From Vicugna vicugna (lineage: Eukaryota): a stretch of DNA of 64,000 nucleotides. This document shows positions 51,660-63,690 of this stretch, in pieces. The notes below the pieces were generated by a model. The model did not search any database and had not been told where the DNA came from. It worked only from the letters and a program-made list of their open reading frames with translations. Made by a program: the position numbers and the translations under genes. Position 1 is the first letter of the stretch. Each line of letters begins with the position of its first letter. The stretch is from assembly GCA_013265495.1 (NCBI GenBank), contig MU058824.1, forward strand, positions 2,817,111 to 2,881,110, given 5' to 3'.

Positions 51660-54600
51660 GAGCAACAACAAACTCTGTGGGGATGGGAAGAAAATCTGAT
51701 TTCCAGAGTTGCCTTTTGTATTACTAGCTATGTCTAGTTTTCAACAATAAAAAAACACAAGACGTGCAAAGGAAAAAGAAATGATGTGTCACATACAGGG
51801 GGGAAAAGCAATCGGTAGAAACTGTACCTGAGGAAGCCCAGCTATTTCAAATCAGCTATTTTAATTATGTTCAAAGAACTAAAGAAAACCATGTCTAAAG
51901 AACTAAAGAAAAGTATGAGAATGATGTCTCAAAAAAACAGAGAATAACAATGAAGAAATAGAAATTATAAAGACAAATCAGATAGAAATTCTGAGGTTGA
52001 AAAGTACTGTAACTGAAATAAAAAACTTACTAGAGGAGCTCAACAGCAGAAATGAGCAGGCATAAGTAAGAATCAGCAAACTTGCAGTTAGGTCAATTGA
52101 GATTACCCAATTAAGGGAGAGACATTTTAAAAGAATGAAGAAAAAATGAACAGAACTTCAGAGACTTGTGGGATGCTATCTAGCATTCCAACTTTCACAT
52201 GATGGAAGTCCCAAAACGAGGAGAGAAAGAGAAAAAGACAGAGAGAATATCTGAATAAACAGGGTCAAAAACTTTCCAAATTTGATGAAGAACATGGATC
52301 TAATCATCTAAAATCTCAACAAATTCTAAGTACAAAAAAACACAAGGAGATCCAGACATAGACACATCATAACCAAAATATCAGAAGCCAAAAATGAATG
52401 GAGAATCTTAAAAGCACCAAGAGAGAAGCAACTCATGTACAAATTAGCCCCAATGAGATTAATAGTTAATTTTTCACAAGAAACCATGGAGACCAATAGC
52501 CAGTGGGATGACATATTCAAAGTGCTGAAAGAAAAAAACTATCAACCAAGAATTCTATATCCAGACAAAAATATTACAAGGAAAAAAAAAACTACAGACC
52601 AATATCCCTTATACAGATGCAAAAACTAACAAGCTGAATCAGGCAAAATATAAAAAGGGGTTATACACAAGACCGAATGGAACTTTTTTTCCCAGGAATG
52701 CAGGGTTGGTTCAATATATGAAAATCAACCAATGAGATATACCATACTAATAGAATGAAAGGGGAATAGTCATCTCAATAGACATAGAGAAAGCATTTAA
52801 TAAACTCCAACATCTTTTCATGATAAAAACATTCAAGAAACTAGAAATAGAAGAGAATTTCCTTAACCTATGAAAAACCCACAGTTAACATTACACTTAA
52901 AGGTGAAAGCCTTCCTTGTGAATGCCTGAAAGTGTTCTTTCAAGATCAGGATCAGCTTTTACTGCTTCACAGCATTGTAATGAAGTTTGTAGCCAGCACA
53001 ATTAGGCAAGAAAAAAAAGACATCTGGATTGGAAAGAAAGAAGTACTTTCTCTAGAACTAGCTCTATTTGCAGATGGCATAATCTTGCATGTAGAAAATC
53101 TTAAGGAACACACACACAGTTAGACTAATAAATTCATCAAGTTTGTGGCATAAATCAATATACAAAATACAGTTTACATCTGTACACTTGCACTGAAGAA
53201 CCCAAAAATGAAATTAAGAAAACAACTTCATGTACAGTAGCATCAAAAAGAATAAACCACTTAGCAATAAATTTTTCAGAAAAGAAGTACAAGACTCATA
53301 CACTGAAATTCCAAAACATCACTGAAAGAAATTAAGAAGTCTTAAATAAATAAAAAGACATCTCATGTTCAAGAACTTAATATTGTTAAGATGGCAATAG
53401 TCCTCAAATTGACCTACAATCCCTACCAAAATCTCAGTTGGGTTGTTTGTTTATTTTTCAGAGACTGACAATCTGATCTTAAAATTCACAGGGAAATGTA
53501 AGAGATCCAGAATAGGTAACACAATCTTGAAAAAGAAGAAAAAAATTGGAGGACTTACACTTCCTGATTTTAAAGCTTCCTGCAAAGCTATAATCAAGAC
53601 CATTTTGTCTGGCATAAGGATAGACTTACAGACCAATGGAATGGAATTAAGAGTCCAGAAATAAATCTACACATTTATACTCAACTGATTTTCCCCAAGA
53701 CAGTTCAATGGGGAAAAAATAGTTTTCTCAAAAAATGGTGCTGGAACAAGTAGATATCCATATGTAAAAGAATGAAGTTGGACCCCTCTCTCATATCATA
53801 CATAAAAATTAACTCAAAATGGATTAAACACTTAAATATAAAAGGTAAAACTTTTTAAAACAATTATAAGAAAACATGAGTGTGAATCTTTATGACTTTG
53901 TATTAGGTGATGATTTCTTAGAATAATGCCTAAAGCACAAGCAACAAAAGAAAAATAATAAATTGGACTTCATCAAACTTAAAAATGTTTGCACTTCAAA
54001 GAACTCTATCAGGAAATTAAAGCGTTAAGCCACAGAATGGAAAAAAATTTGCAAATCATATATCTGGTAAGGGCCTAGTATCCAGAATATTTGAAGAACT
54101 TTAAAAACTCAATACTAAAAAGACAAATATCCCAATTAAAAAGTGGGCAAAGGACTTGAAGAAATAGACTTTTCTCTAAAGAAGATATAAAAATTACTAA
54201 TAAACACATGAACATTATTAGTCATTAGGCAAATGCAAATCAAAACCACAGTGAAATATACTTCATACCTGCTAGGATGGTCATAATAAAAAAGACAATA
54301 ACAAGTGTTGTTGAGGATGTAGAGAAATTGGAACCCTTATAGTTTGCTAGTCAGAATGAATGTAAAAGTGGGGTACAGCTGCTTTGGAAAACAGGCAGAC
54401 CCTTAAAAGTTATGCACAGAGTTACCATATGACCCACATATTCCACTCCTAGGTATACAACCAAAAGAAGTGTAAACATATGTTCAGATAAAAACTTTTA
54501 CATGAATGTTTGCAGCAACATTATTCATAATAGCCAAAAACTGGAAACAACCCAAATGTCCATCAACTGATGAATAAACAAAATATGGTATATCCATTCA

Positions 54601-54965
54601 GCGTTAATATTATTCAGCCATAAAAAGGACTAAAGTACTGACATGCTACAACATGATGAACCTTGAACACATAATGCTAAGTGAAAGAAACCAGATACCA
54701 AATGCACCATATTATCTGATTCCAATTGTATGAAATGTCCAAAACAGGCAAATCCATAGAGGCAGAAAGATTCGTGGTTGCCAGGGGTTAAGGGGAGAGA
54801 TAAATGGAAAGTGATTGCCTAATGGGTACAAAATTTCTTTTGGAGGTGATGAAAATGTTCTGGAATTAGGTAATGGTGATAGTTGTATAACCTGTGAGTT
54901 ACGTAAAGCCAATTACACACTTTAAAAGGGTGAATGTTATAGTATGCAAATTATATCTCAATGAG
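51660..54965 (+). mobile_element. Old L1 (L1MB/L1M4-like) with ORF1, internally deleted ORF2 and 3'UTR; decayed
   Basis: ORF1-like QWDDIFKVLKEKNYQPRILYP; ORF2-like IGGLTLPDFK, LFADGIILHVEN; 3' end gtatgcaaattatatctcaat; many stops and frameshifts. Confidence 0.92.
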
Positions 54966-55849
54966 AAAGAGGAGGTAGAACTTTCCAAAGCAAATACTGA
55001 GTGGCTGTTTACTGCCTCCGAGAACATCAAGAACTCATTTATATTATCCAGAAAAAAAAACATATTTTATTCAACTGTTAAATTCTTTTAAATTTATTAC
55101 TCTGAAGGCTAGCTTATGCTGCATTTTGTACTACCTTCTTACAAAGTGATATATTAATTACTGCTGGATTTATAGAGCAATGTCTGGAAGGTTGTTATCT
55201 GAAATGTCAACAGTGATTGCCTCTGGGAGATGATATCTTTTGCGGTTTTAAATTTATTCTAATGCTTTTATGTATCACTTACATTTTCTATATGCATATT
55301 TATCGACTTTATAATCATTAAAATCCATAAAGCTCTTTTTGTTTTGGGGGAAAAAAACTTGCTATATTGAGAAAATGTTGATAGATAATTAAAAAAATTC
55401 TTTCTACTCGTATGAAACCAAAAGCATTTTGCTAGTTGCTCCCAAGGGGGGAAAAATGTCCAATTAGCCGAATGATCACAATTCAAAAATTATTATTTGG
55501 ATACTGAACAAGGCCTTGTGCTAAGCTGTGCTGTGTGAGAGAGAAGGACGTTTAGGGCATGGTTCCTGCATTCAAGAGTTTTTTGATGTTGTAAAGGACT
55601 TCAGATATGTAAATAAATAACTGAAAGAAGGCAGAACAGAAGTCTAGCAGAGAGGCACCTGAGACACTGCAGGGCCCCCTGAGGAAGCTGTGATTCACCA
55701 CTCAGGGACTCAAAAAGACAGGACAGCTTAGAGTCTGGTCTTGAAGCTAAGTTGGACTTCCCTGTGCTGGGTGGGGGGAAGCAAGAGGAAGACAAGAGCC
55801 AAGGCCAAGGGTGAGGCATTTCTGAGCCCTGTCCACCTTTCCCACTCCC

Positions 55850-56220
55850 ACCCCCACCCCCACCTCCCCTTTGCAGCCCTGGCCCTCCTGGACCGCCCAT
55901 ACTATTGGGCACTGGCCTGCGTTTCACACCTCACACTTTTGTTCACCTGGAATGCCCTCCCCTCCCTCATCACCTCGCTCACTCCCGCTATTCTGTAAGA
56001 GTCAGGTTCCTGTCACTCTTCCAAGAATTTTCCTTGATGGAGGCAGGTTGAGTTCAAGGCCTCCCGCCTGTGCTCTGACAGCATTCTGAGTCTGTCTCTA
56101 TTGCCTCACTCTTCACCCTGCATTATAATGATCTGTTGAATATTCGTTTCCTCCACCAGATTGCGAGCTCAGGTGAAGGAAAGGTTGGGAGCCTGGCACA
56201 GGTGCCAGTGCACCTTTAAC
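55850..56220 (+). mobile_element. L2 3' region
   Basis: tgttcacctggaatgccctccc...ccaccagattgcgagctc...gcctggcacag. Confidence 0.7.
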
Positions 56221-57949
56221 TGAATGGAACACATGCTGTGGCCAGCCTGGGAAGTAGGGATGGTAGCCATACAGCTCTGTGTGCCGAGCACACTCTCCTA
56301 CTCCCTTTTTCTAGGAGCCCATCCTGCCCTCCTGGCCACAGAGTTGGGCCAGTGATGCTGGCTGGGCCAGTTATCACTTCCCAAGCCTCAGATAGTGAGA
56401 TCCAGGGATGGAGGGGCCCAAGCCAGGCCACTCAGAGTCCCTCCCCCAGGGTAGCGGGGAAGAGGTACACTTCTCCACCAAGAAGGTCATCTGATAGTGA
56501 CCTTTTTGCTTACCAGGTAGAGAAAAACCTATCTGCAGGAGTGAATAACACACAATACAAGCAGAAATGAGAGGCAGGCAGAAATGGCGTGGTGTTAGTT
56601 ACTGACAGTCTTGGAGACCCTGGTTCCAGTCTTTGAGATTCCCAGATCTGGGCTAGTTCAGGCAGGTCTTTCTTCACCCTGAGATCTTTCAATACATACC
56701 TTTGTGGGTATAAGCTAGTCAGGCTGGGTTTCTGTCACTTGCAGGGATATCCCTGTTCAGTGCTGGGGTCCTCAGCAAGACATACAGCTGGAAAGATCAG
56801 CAAAGGCCAGATTGGGGAGGATTCTAAATGCCATATGAGGGGGGTTAGAGTTTACATTGTAGGTGCAGGAATGGGTACTGGGTAGTCAGAGCCTCGGGAG
56901 ATGATGCCAGCAACATGTAAGTTTCCACAGAAGGGGAGGGAGACAGAAAGCCAGCTGCAAATGCAAAATAAAACCACCCCCATGTATCACAGAAGTAAAG
57001 GAGAAAGAAGGTGGACGAAAATCCTGATTTTGTTACGTGGGAAAGAGCAGCAAGGCTTGTGATAAATGGGGAAGTAAAGGAGAAAGGTGGGCATGTCGAA
57101 TAAATAGTCATTTCTAAAACACTGCAAACAGCCCCATGTGCAAACATTAGTCACTGATACAAATGGGATCTCAGGGGTTTTATAAACAAGCAAGCCATTG
57201 CCAAGACTCACATCTGGCAGATGATACATCCATCATGTGTAAATACTTCACGTAGCATCGATTACCCTGATCAATTTTAGGCATCTATCATTTTCTAGGC
57301 CTGCACCCCGGCACAGGGAAATTACAAAGAAATAGAATGTTCTGATCATTCTACAGCCACGGCTGGCTCATAGGAAAATAGTGAATAAATCCATAGCAAA
57401 ACTCAGGTGGTTTTTGAGACATACAGAAAAAAAATTATTTTGTTTTTCCATAGAATTTTTTCTCAAACTAGATCAAGAAACCATCATTTTCAAAATTCAT
57501 TACCAAAACCATCCTCATCGTGGGAGGGAGAAATATCAATAATGATACCCAAGAAATATGGACAACAAATGCTTAAAACTGGGAGCCGCAGTCATCGGTC
57601 TGATACAGCAGCATGTCAGCTGCGTAAAGGAAGAGAAAGTAAGGCTGGAAAGGTGGAAGGTGGTGGGGAGTTTAGGTTTTATCTTGTAGGCAAAGGGGAG
57701 TCATAAGAGGTTTTTTTAAGCAGGAAAATAACATGGTCAAAACAGTTCAGAAAGAGCCTTTTCTAGGCAGGCAAGGAAACAATAAGGTCCCTGCAAGTGG
57801 GGAGAAATCAGCAGACTTGGGATTGTCAGTCAAGAGAGATGACGGGGATTGGGGTGGTATGTGAGTGAGGAGCCACTAAGACAGACGTGGTAGTTAAGGC
57901 CCTGCAAGGGCTAGAGTGAATGACATACACTAAGGAGAGAGAAAGCAGC

Positions 57950-58170
57950 GGACGATCATTGAGCCCTTACTGGGTACCAGCACTACACTGGGCACTTCCT
58001 ACACATTATCTCATTTAGCCCCTCAAAACAATCCTGCAAGGTAGTGGTTATTATTTCCAAATTTATAAATGACAGAAAGGAGGCTCAGAGAAGTTAAGTA
58101 GCTTGCCCGAGGCCACACAGATCTTTTGGACATTCAAGCCTATGTCTTTTTAGATATGGAACACTACCTC
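57950..58170 (-). mobile_element. MIR
   Basis: cattatctcattta...gaggctcagagaagttaagtagcttgcccgaggccacacag. Confidence 0.85.
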
Positions 58171-59549
58171 CTGGCATACATTATTTATACCTCTCAGCTA
58201 CATCAGGTGGGAGCTGAGGCTGAGATTTAAGACTTTACTGTACAGCTGGTGAGTGCCCAATTCTGGACCTGAGTCCAAGCCAGCCCTGCTCTCATTCCCC
58301 ATCACCTCCCTACCCAGCTGACCTATTAAATGAGCCTTTCTTCTGCCACACTGTGTAGCTCCCACACATTCATTGTTAAACCAGAAAATCTTATTGGGTT
58401 TGTTTTAAAAGGGACCCTAGGAATGGCCTGGGGGCAGATGTGGGATGGGCATGGCTCTTCCTCCTGTCAGGAGGAGCCTCAGTACCTTTGAAAATAATTC
58501 CCCCCAAATCTCCTAAAACCCTAGGTCTTACCCAGCAGCCTGGCCTGCCGAGGTAATTTCCAAAGTCCCAGCCTTGAAGCTCACAAATCCTCTGTTCATG
58601 TTCAGACATATAAATTGCATTAACGGAGAGGAGGACTATGCATCTGGTAGTGTGATCTCCGGAGAAGAGAAGGCACTGGAGTTCAAGTACACACACGTGG
58701 GCACACTCGGGGCCTGGCCCATCTCCAGCAGAGCCCGGCTGGAAGGCTGGGCCTCTCCAGCCCTCTCCAGGATGAGATGAAAGGGGCTCATTTCCCTCTT
58801 AAGAGTGTCCTAGATGTGGGGGAGAGGGACCTCCCCCACTACCAAGCACACCCACACACACTCTCGGTCACTGTCACTGGAATTAACATGTTCACTCAAG
58901 AGGCTCAGCCCAGAGGGTCTGGGGCAGTGTATGGGGCAAATATCTTTTTCTGCAGACAGACCAAAGACTCTTGATTTTTTACTTCAGTGCTTCTAGCTAG
59001 CAGTTTATCAGACTTTCTATGTACAAAATACTTTTCAATCTGTTCACACTTACCTTAAACCCGTGATCTGTTTTAGGTTCTGTGCTGGGTTCTAAGGACC
59101 CAGAGATGAACTGGAAATGACCCCTGATCTCAAGTTCTCAGTCCAGAGGAGACAGCAGACAGTGAACGAGGTCAGGACTTGGGCTCTGGGCAGGTATGGA
59201 GGAAAACAGACCTGGGTTCACACCTCAGTATTCTTGCTTGCTGGTTATGTGGCCTCAAGCAAGTTATTTGAATAAATGAGCTTCTGTTTCTTCATCAGTA
59301 ACTTAAAATCTATCCAGCTGAGTTAGTGTATTGACAGGAGAGGAAGGATTGGTATACACCAAGGACAGAAAGGATGTGCCATATATGCTGTTGATTACTA
59401 AGAGAAGAGAGTAAATATTTTCAACTGAAAGAATCAGTGAAGCCTTCCTGGAAGAGGTAGCATCTACGTAAGACACTAAAAATGGGTAGATTTTGACACA
59501 GAAAAAGCTAGGAAAAGTGATTGTGGGGGGTTTAGGTAAAGGATACATA

Positions 59550-59812
59550 GGTGGAGTGCAGGGGCTTTTGGGGGCAGTGAAATTCTTCTGTATGATAGTA
59601 ATAGTGGATACATGTCATTATGCATTTGTCAAACCCAGATAATGTACAATACAAAGAGTGAACCCTAATGTAAACTATGGACTTAATAATAATGTATCAA
59701 AATTGGTTCATCAGTTGTAGGAAACATACTACACTAATACAAGATGTAAATAATAGAGGAAACCAGAGGGGTGGTGTATGTGGGAACTCTACTGTAAACC
59801 TAAAAAAAAAAA
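59550..59812 (+). mobile_element. L1MC1/2-like 3' end
   Basis: tggatacatgtcattatgcatttgtcaaaccca...gagtgaaccctaatgtaaactatggact plus A-tail. Confidence 0.85.
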
Positions 59813-60589
59813 GGGAAGAGAACGAAACGACAAGCATAAACAAAGGCCAGGTGGCTGTGATATGTGCCTGGAGCATGAAGCATCTGGGAGAACAGTGAGC
59901 CCAGAGAGGTGGGTTGAATATCATGTTAAGATGTTTATGCTTTATCCTGAGAGTATGGCGAGATGGCAAATATTTCAAACAAGGCGCTAAAATGATCAGT
60001 CTGCATTTAAGGATGATCCGTTAGGACTGCCACTGAACAGACATGAAGCTGTAATGAAGTCCAGGACAAGAAACAATGAAAATCTGAGTTTAAGACAGCA
60101 GCAGTGGGATGGAGAAAATAGGCCAGATGAAATAGATGTCCTGGACAGGACCTGGTGACTGATTGATTGATTGATGTGAGAGAAGGGGAGAAGTCTAGGA
60201 GAATGCCTGGCTTCTGGTTTATGCTAGATGGGAAGGTGGGGGGCAGGGCCTCCCCTTCAGAGATCTGGAATGAAGGAGGGCTAGATCTAAAGACACGATG
60301 ATCTGTTTCCAACACATTTTTAGGAGAACATCATTTTGGATGTTCAAAACACTTTCTGGAATTCTCCTGACCTGGCCCCTTACGACTCACTGGGGGATCT
60401 CTACCTACACATGTGGGCCAATACTCACCTGCGTGGACACTCAGCCTATTATAAAAGTCTTTCCAATGCTGAGCTGAGGGCTACCTCTCTGCAGAATTCC
60501 CCAATGGGTCCAACTTGGTTCTTGAGAGCTTCACAGACCAGCTTTCTTTTTTTTGTTTCCCCAGGACAGTCCATTAGAGATCTGTAGGT

Positions 60590-60960
60590 AATGACCCTTG
60601 AGTCTGCCCTTCTTCAGCTAAACAGCTCCTAACCCTTTACCTGATCATACATAATATGGTTTCCAGGCTGTTCTCCCCACTCCAAACATACTCCAAGACA
60701 CAAAACTCCAGGAATGTCTGATGCAGCCCAGAGTGTGCAGAACAGTCACCTGCCTCCTTCTAGACATTATTCCACCACCAGTGCATCCTAAGATCCTCTT
60801 CGCCCATGATGGTGGCCCCTCATACTTCCCACCCATCTCCAATAATTCTATCACCTGAGCCCTTCTCTGATTTACCTCTGTTGAGCCAGAATTCTGCAAC
60901 TGGATTTCAGCTCCAAGAGTAAGACTTGATACTAATCCTGGATAAACTCCACCCTGCTAC
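60590..60960 (-). mobile_element. CR1/L3 LINE relic
   Basis: - strand ORF 60645-60899 AKRILGCTGGGIMSRRRQVTVLHTLGCIRH resembles the CR1 RT C-terminal segment (ILGCI.R.I.SR..EVI.PLY.ALVRPH). Confidence 0.7.
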
Positions 60961-61754
60961 AGGCCCATCTACAGGACAAACCAGCTGGAAACTGGAACAC
61001 AAAGCACCAGCCAAGGTCTTACGAGGATTTAGAGGCAGGTGAGGGGCAGCTGAGATGATCCTGGCCCTGCTCTGGCCTCAGCTCCTCCTTTAATCCGCTT
61101 TCCTGCCCACCCAGAAGTGATCACACCCAGGTGATCATAACGCACACCCCAGGAGCAACAGACTCTGAGAGGTTAACTTATACACCCTCCTGCTGCTGGA
61201 CAACACCACCCCCAATCTCTCTAACAGAAAATTCTACAGAAGCCGTGATGTGCAAAATCATGTGCAAGCAAGTGTCCCCATAACTTGGCGACACAAGGCC
61301 TTCCCAGGGTGGAGCACCCTTGCAGCTTCTGGGGACCCTTGTCCATGATAAATCATAAAGCTGGGGGTTGTTGGCCTGGAGGAAGTTCCCACAGCCAGTC
61401 AGGGCCACAAGCCAGCCTCCTTCTACTGGCCAAGGGTGTCCAACACCTCAGTCATCCCCCATCCCAGCAGCTTGCTCTGTAGGAACCTGGCCATCTCTCC
61501 AAGAAACACAACTGTGATGTTCCCAGCCCCGAAGCCCTATCCAGAGGCTGACTAAAGGTCTAACTTGCGTAGTCAGCCCCTTATTTCATTCAACGTTTGG
61601 CCCAATGGAAACAATAAATTTAAAACACAGAGGCAGGTGATGATGCTGACCACAGCAATGATCTAGAAGACAAACCTTAGGGTCACTTACCTTTAAAATT
61701 CAATTCATTTTGGTTCATCAAACACTAGTATAGGATTTAAAATGAAGTGATCTA

Positions 61755-62420
61755 GAGTGACATTGGCAAAATGGCAGTTAAGGATCTCCAAAAATCCTGT
61801 CAAGACAAGCAATGAAACGCTGGCAAAAATTGTCAGAATCAACTTTTCTGAACTCTGGAGATTAACTAAAGGCTTGCAGCAATCCAGGGAACATTTATTC
61901 TAGAAACCATATGTCCATTCAAAGACATGTACATGAATGCTCACAGCAGCATTCTTCATAATTGCCCAAATGTGGAAACAACCCAAATGTCCATCAGCTG
62001 GGGAAAGGAGAAACAAAATGTGGCATATTCATTCACAGCAATATTATTTGGCCGTAATAAAGAATGAAGTACTGATACATGCTAGAGCATGCATGAACTT
62101 GAAAACATGTTAAGTGGAAGAAGCCAGTCATGAAGGCCACATAGTATATGATTCTATTTCTATGAAATATCCAGAATAGGCAAATTCATGGGGACAAAAA
62201 AGTAGATGAGTGGTTGCTAGAAGCTAAGGGGAGTGGGAAATGAGGAGTCATGTGAATGAGCATGAAGTTTCTTTTCAGGGTGATGAAAATGTGCTGGAAA
62301 TAGAGAAAGGGGATGGCTGCACAACCTTGTGAACATAAACAATAAAAACAACTGACTTGTATACTTTTAAAAGGTGAATTTTATGGTGTATCAGTTATAT
62401 CTCAACTTTTTAAAAATACC
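61755..62420 (+). mobile_element. Old L1M element: ~150-bp 5' end joined to 3' end
   Basis: gagtgacattggcaaaatggc...gaatcaacttttctgaactctggag (L1M 5' end) then tggaaacaacccaaatgtccatca...ttatatctcaa (3' end). Confidence 0.75.
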
Positions 62421-62579
62421 CAGTAAACTAAAAACAAACAACAAAAACCAATAGTAGCAAAAAACATAAGCTGTCACTGGCAGAGCCCACTAAATTAAAA
62501 AAAAAATGGGGTAATAAAATGAAGTCTAACCTTTTTTTCTTGTCCTTTGTGCTTAATCCAGTTCCACTTGCTCACAGAT

Positions 62580-63290
62580 GGCCGTGTGCAGAGGCCTCAC
62601 ACCTGGGACTTCAGACCAGCGTTCCTAGTGCTGACCCGCTGCACCCACCCCTCAGCTCCGGGGGGCGCCCCAGCGACACCTCAGCTTGGGGGGCGCCCCC
62701 AGAGACACCTCAGCTCTGGGGGCGCCCCAGCGACACCTCAGCTCGGGGAACAAGCCAGTGACACCTCAGCTCCCAGGACTGCGCGGGAGACACCTCAGCT
62801 CCGGGGACCCCCAGAGACACCACAGCTCGGGGAACAAGCCAGTGACACCTCAGCTCCCAGGACTGCGCGAGAGACACCTCAGCTCGGGGGGTGCCCCAGC
62901 TACACCTCAGCTTCGGGGGTACCCCAGGGACACCTCAGCTCCGGGGCGGGAGCAGAAGCGTTGTGCACGATTCAAGATTCAAGATGGCGGCGGCGCCCTG
63001 CGCAGCGACCTGAAGCCAGAGCAGCACAGCCGTGCGAGCGGGGGTGGGGGCTGGGGGGGAACTCTGCCCCCTCCCCGCTGACCGAAGAGAACCCGATAAA
63101 GCAACACCAGGGAAGGCCTCTCAGGGACAGCGTGTGCTCTAGAAAGCAAGCTCGCACCTCTCCGTTCTTTGATCGAAGAGTAAAACTTTTCCTTTGCTTC
63201 TGAACTGAACCCAGACTCATTCTATTGGCTCCAACAACCAGGCAGGAGGACCCCTGTAGGGGCACGACTAGAAAGGGTCGATAACAAAAC
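62580..63290. promoter_or_regulatory. CpG island / candidate promoter
   Basis: About 35 CpGs by hand count in 62581-63180 in an otherwise CpG-depleted window; GC box GGGGCGGGAG 62943-62952; YY1 CAAGATGGCGGC 62980-62991; inverted CCAAT 63224-63228. Confidence 0.7.
62648..62950. repeat. GC-rich minisatellite, 11 units of ~27-29 bp with core GACACCTCAGCT
   Basis: Units read directly; 84-bp higher-order duplication (units starting at 62734 and 62818). Confidence 0.92.
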
Positions 63291-63690
63291 TACCTCTGTT
63301 TCTCTCCTGCTTAAAACTCTTCGATAATTCCCAGCTGCCCTCAGGTTGCATCAGACCCCACAGGATCCCCAGCTCACGTTAGTCTTTCTGCTGTGCCTGG
63401 CCCTGCACTGAAGCCATCGGGGGCTCAGGGGCTCATGCCCTCTGCCTGGAGCACCCTTCCCTGCAGGGCTGCTCCCTTTCAGTCCTCAGGTCTCAGCTCA
63501 CAGTACCCTCCTCCGTTCATCCACTCCACAGCACTCAGCCCACACCCCCCTGTATGATTTACTGCCTTGTCTGTGACCTGCCCACCCTAGAAGTAAACTC
63601 CGTGAGGACAGGGACCTTGCCTGCCTTGTTCACCATAGCACAGGATGGGCACTCACTGTACGCTTTTTGTAATGATTAAGTGACATCCTT
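63290..63690 (+). mobile_element. L2 3' region
   Basis: ctcctgcttaaaactcttc...ccctctgcctggagcacccttcc...taaactccgtgaggacagggacc...ccttgttcacc. Confidence 0.8.

Noticed and set aside
55841..55869. G-quadruplex motif on -
   Set aside because: Common motif with no functional context
57407..57706. 99-aa ORF with an upstream acceptor-like AG
   Set aside because: No recognisable homology, weak donor, 3' part runs into an L2 relic
62648..62950. CRISPR-like repeat-spacer appearance
   Set aside because: Eukaryotic context, ~12-bp core and ~15-bp spacers that are related or duplicated, no cas genes: a minisatellite
62547..63203. Longest ORF (218 aa) with repeated TPQL motifs
   Set aside because: Non-ATG start; openness and repeats are explained by the GC-rich minisatellite and its 84-bp duplication; no recognisable domain
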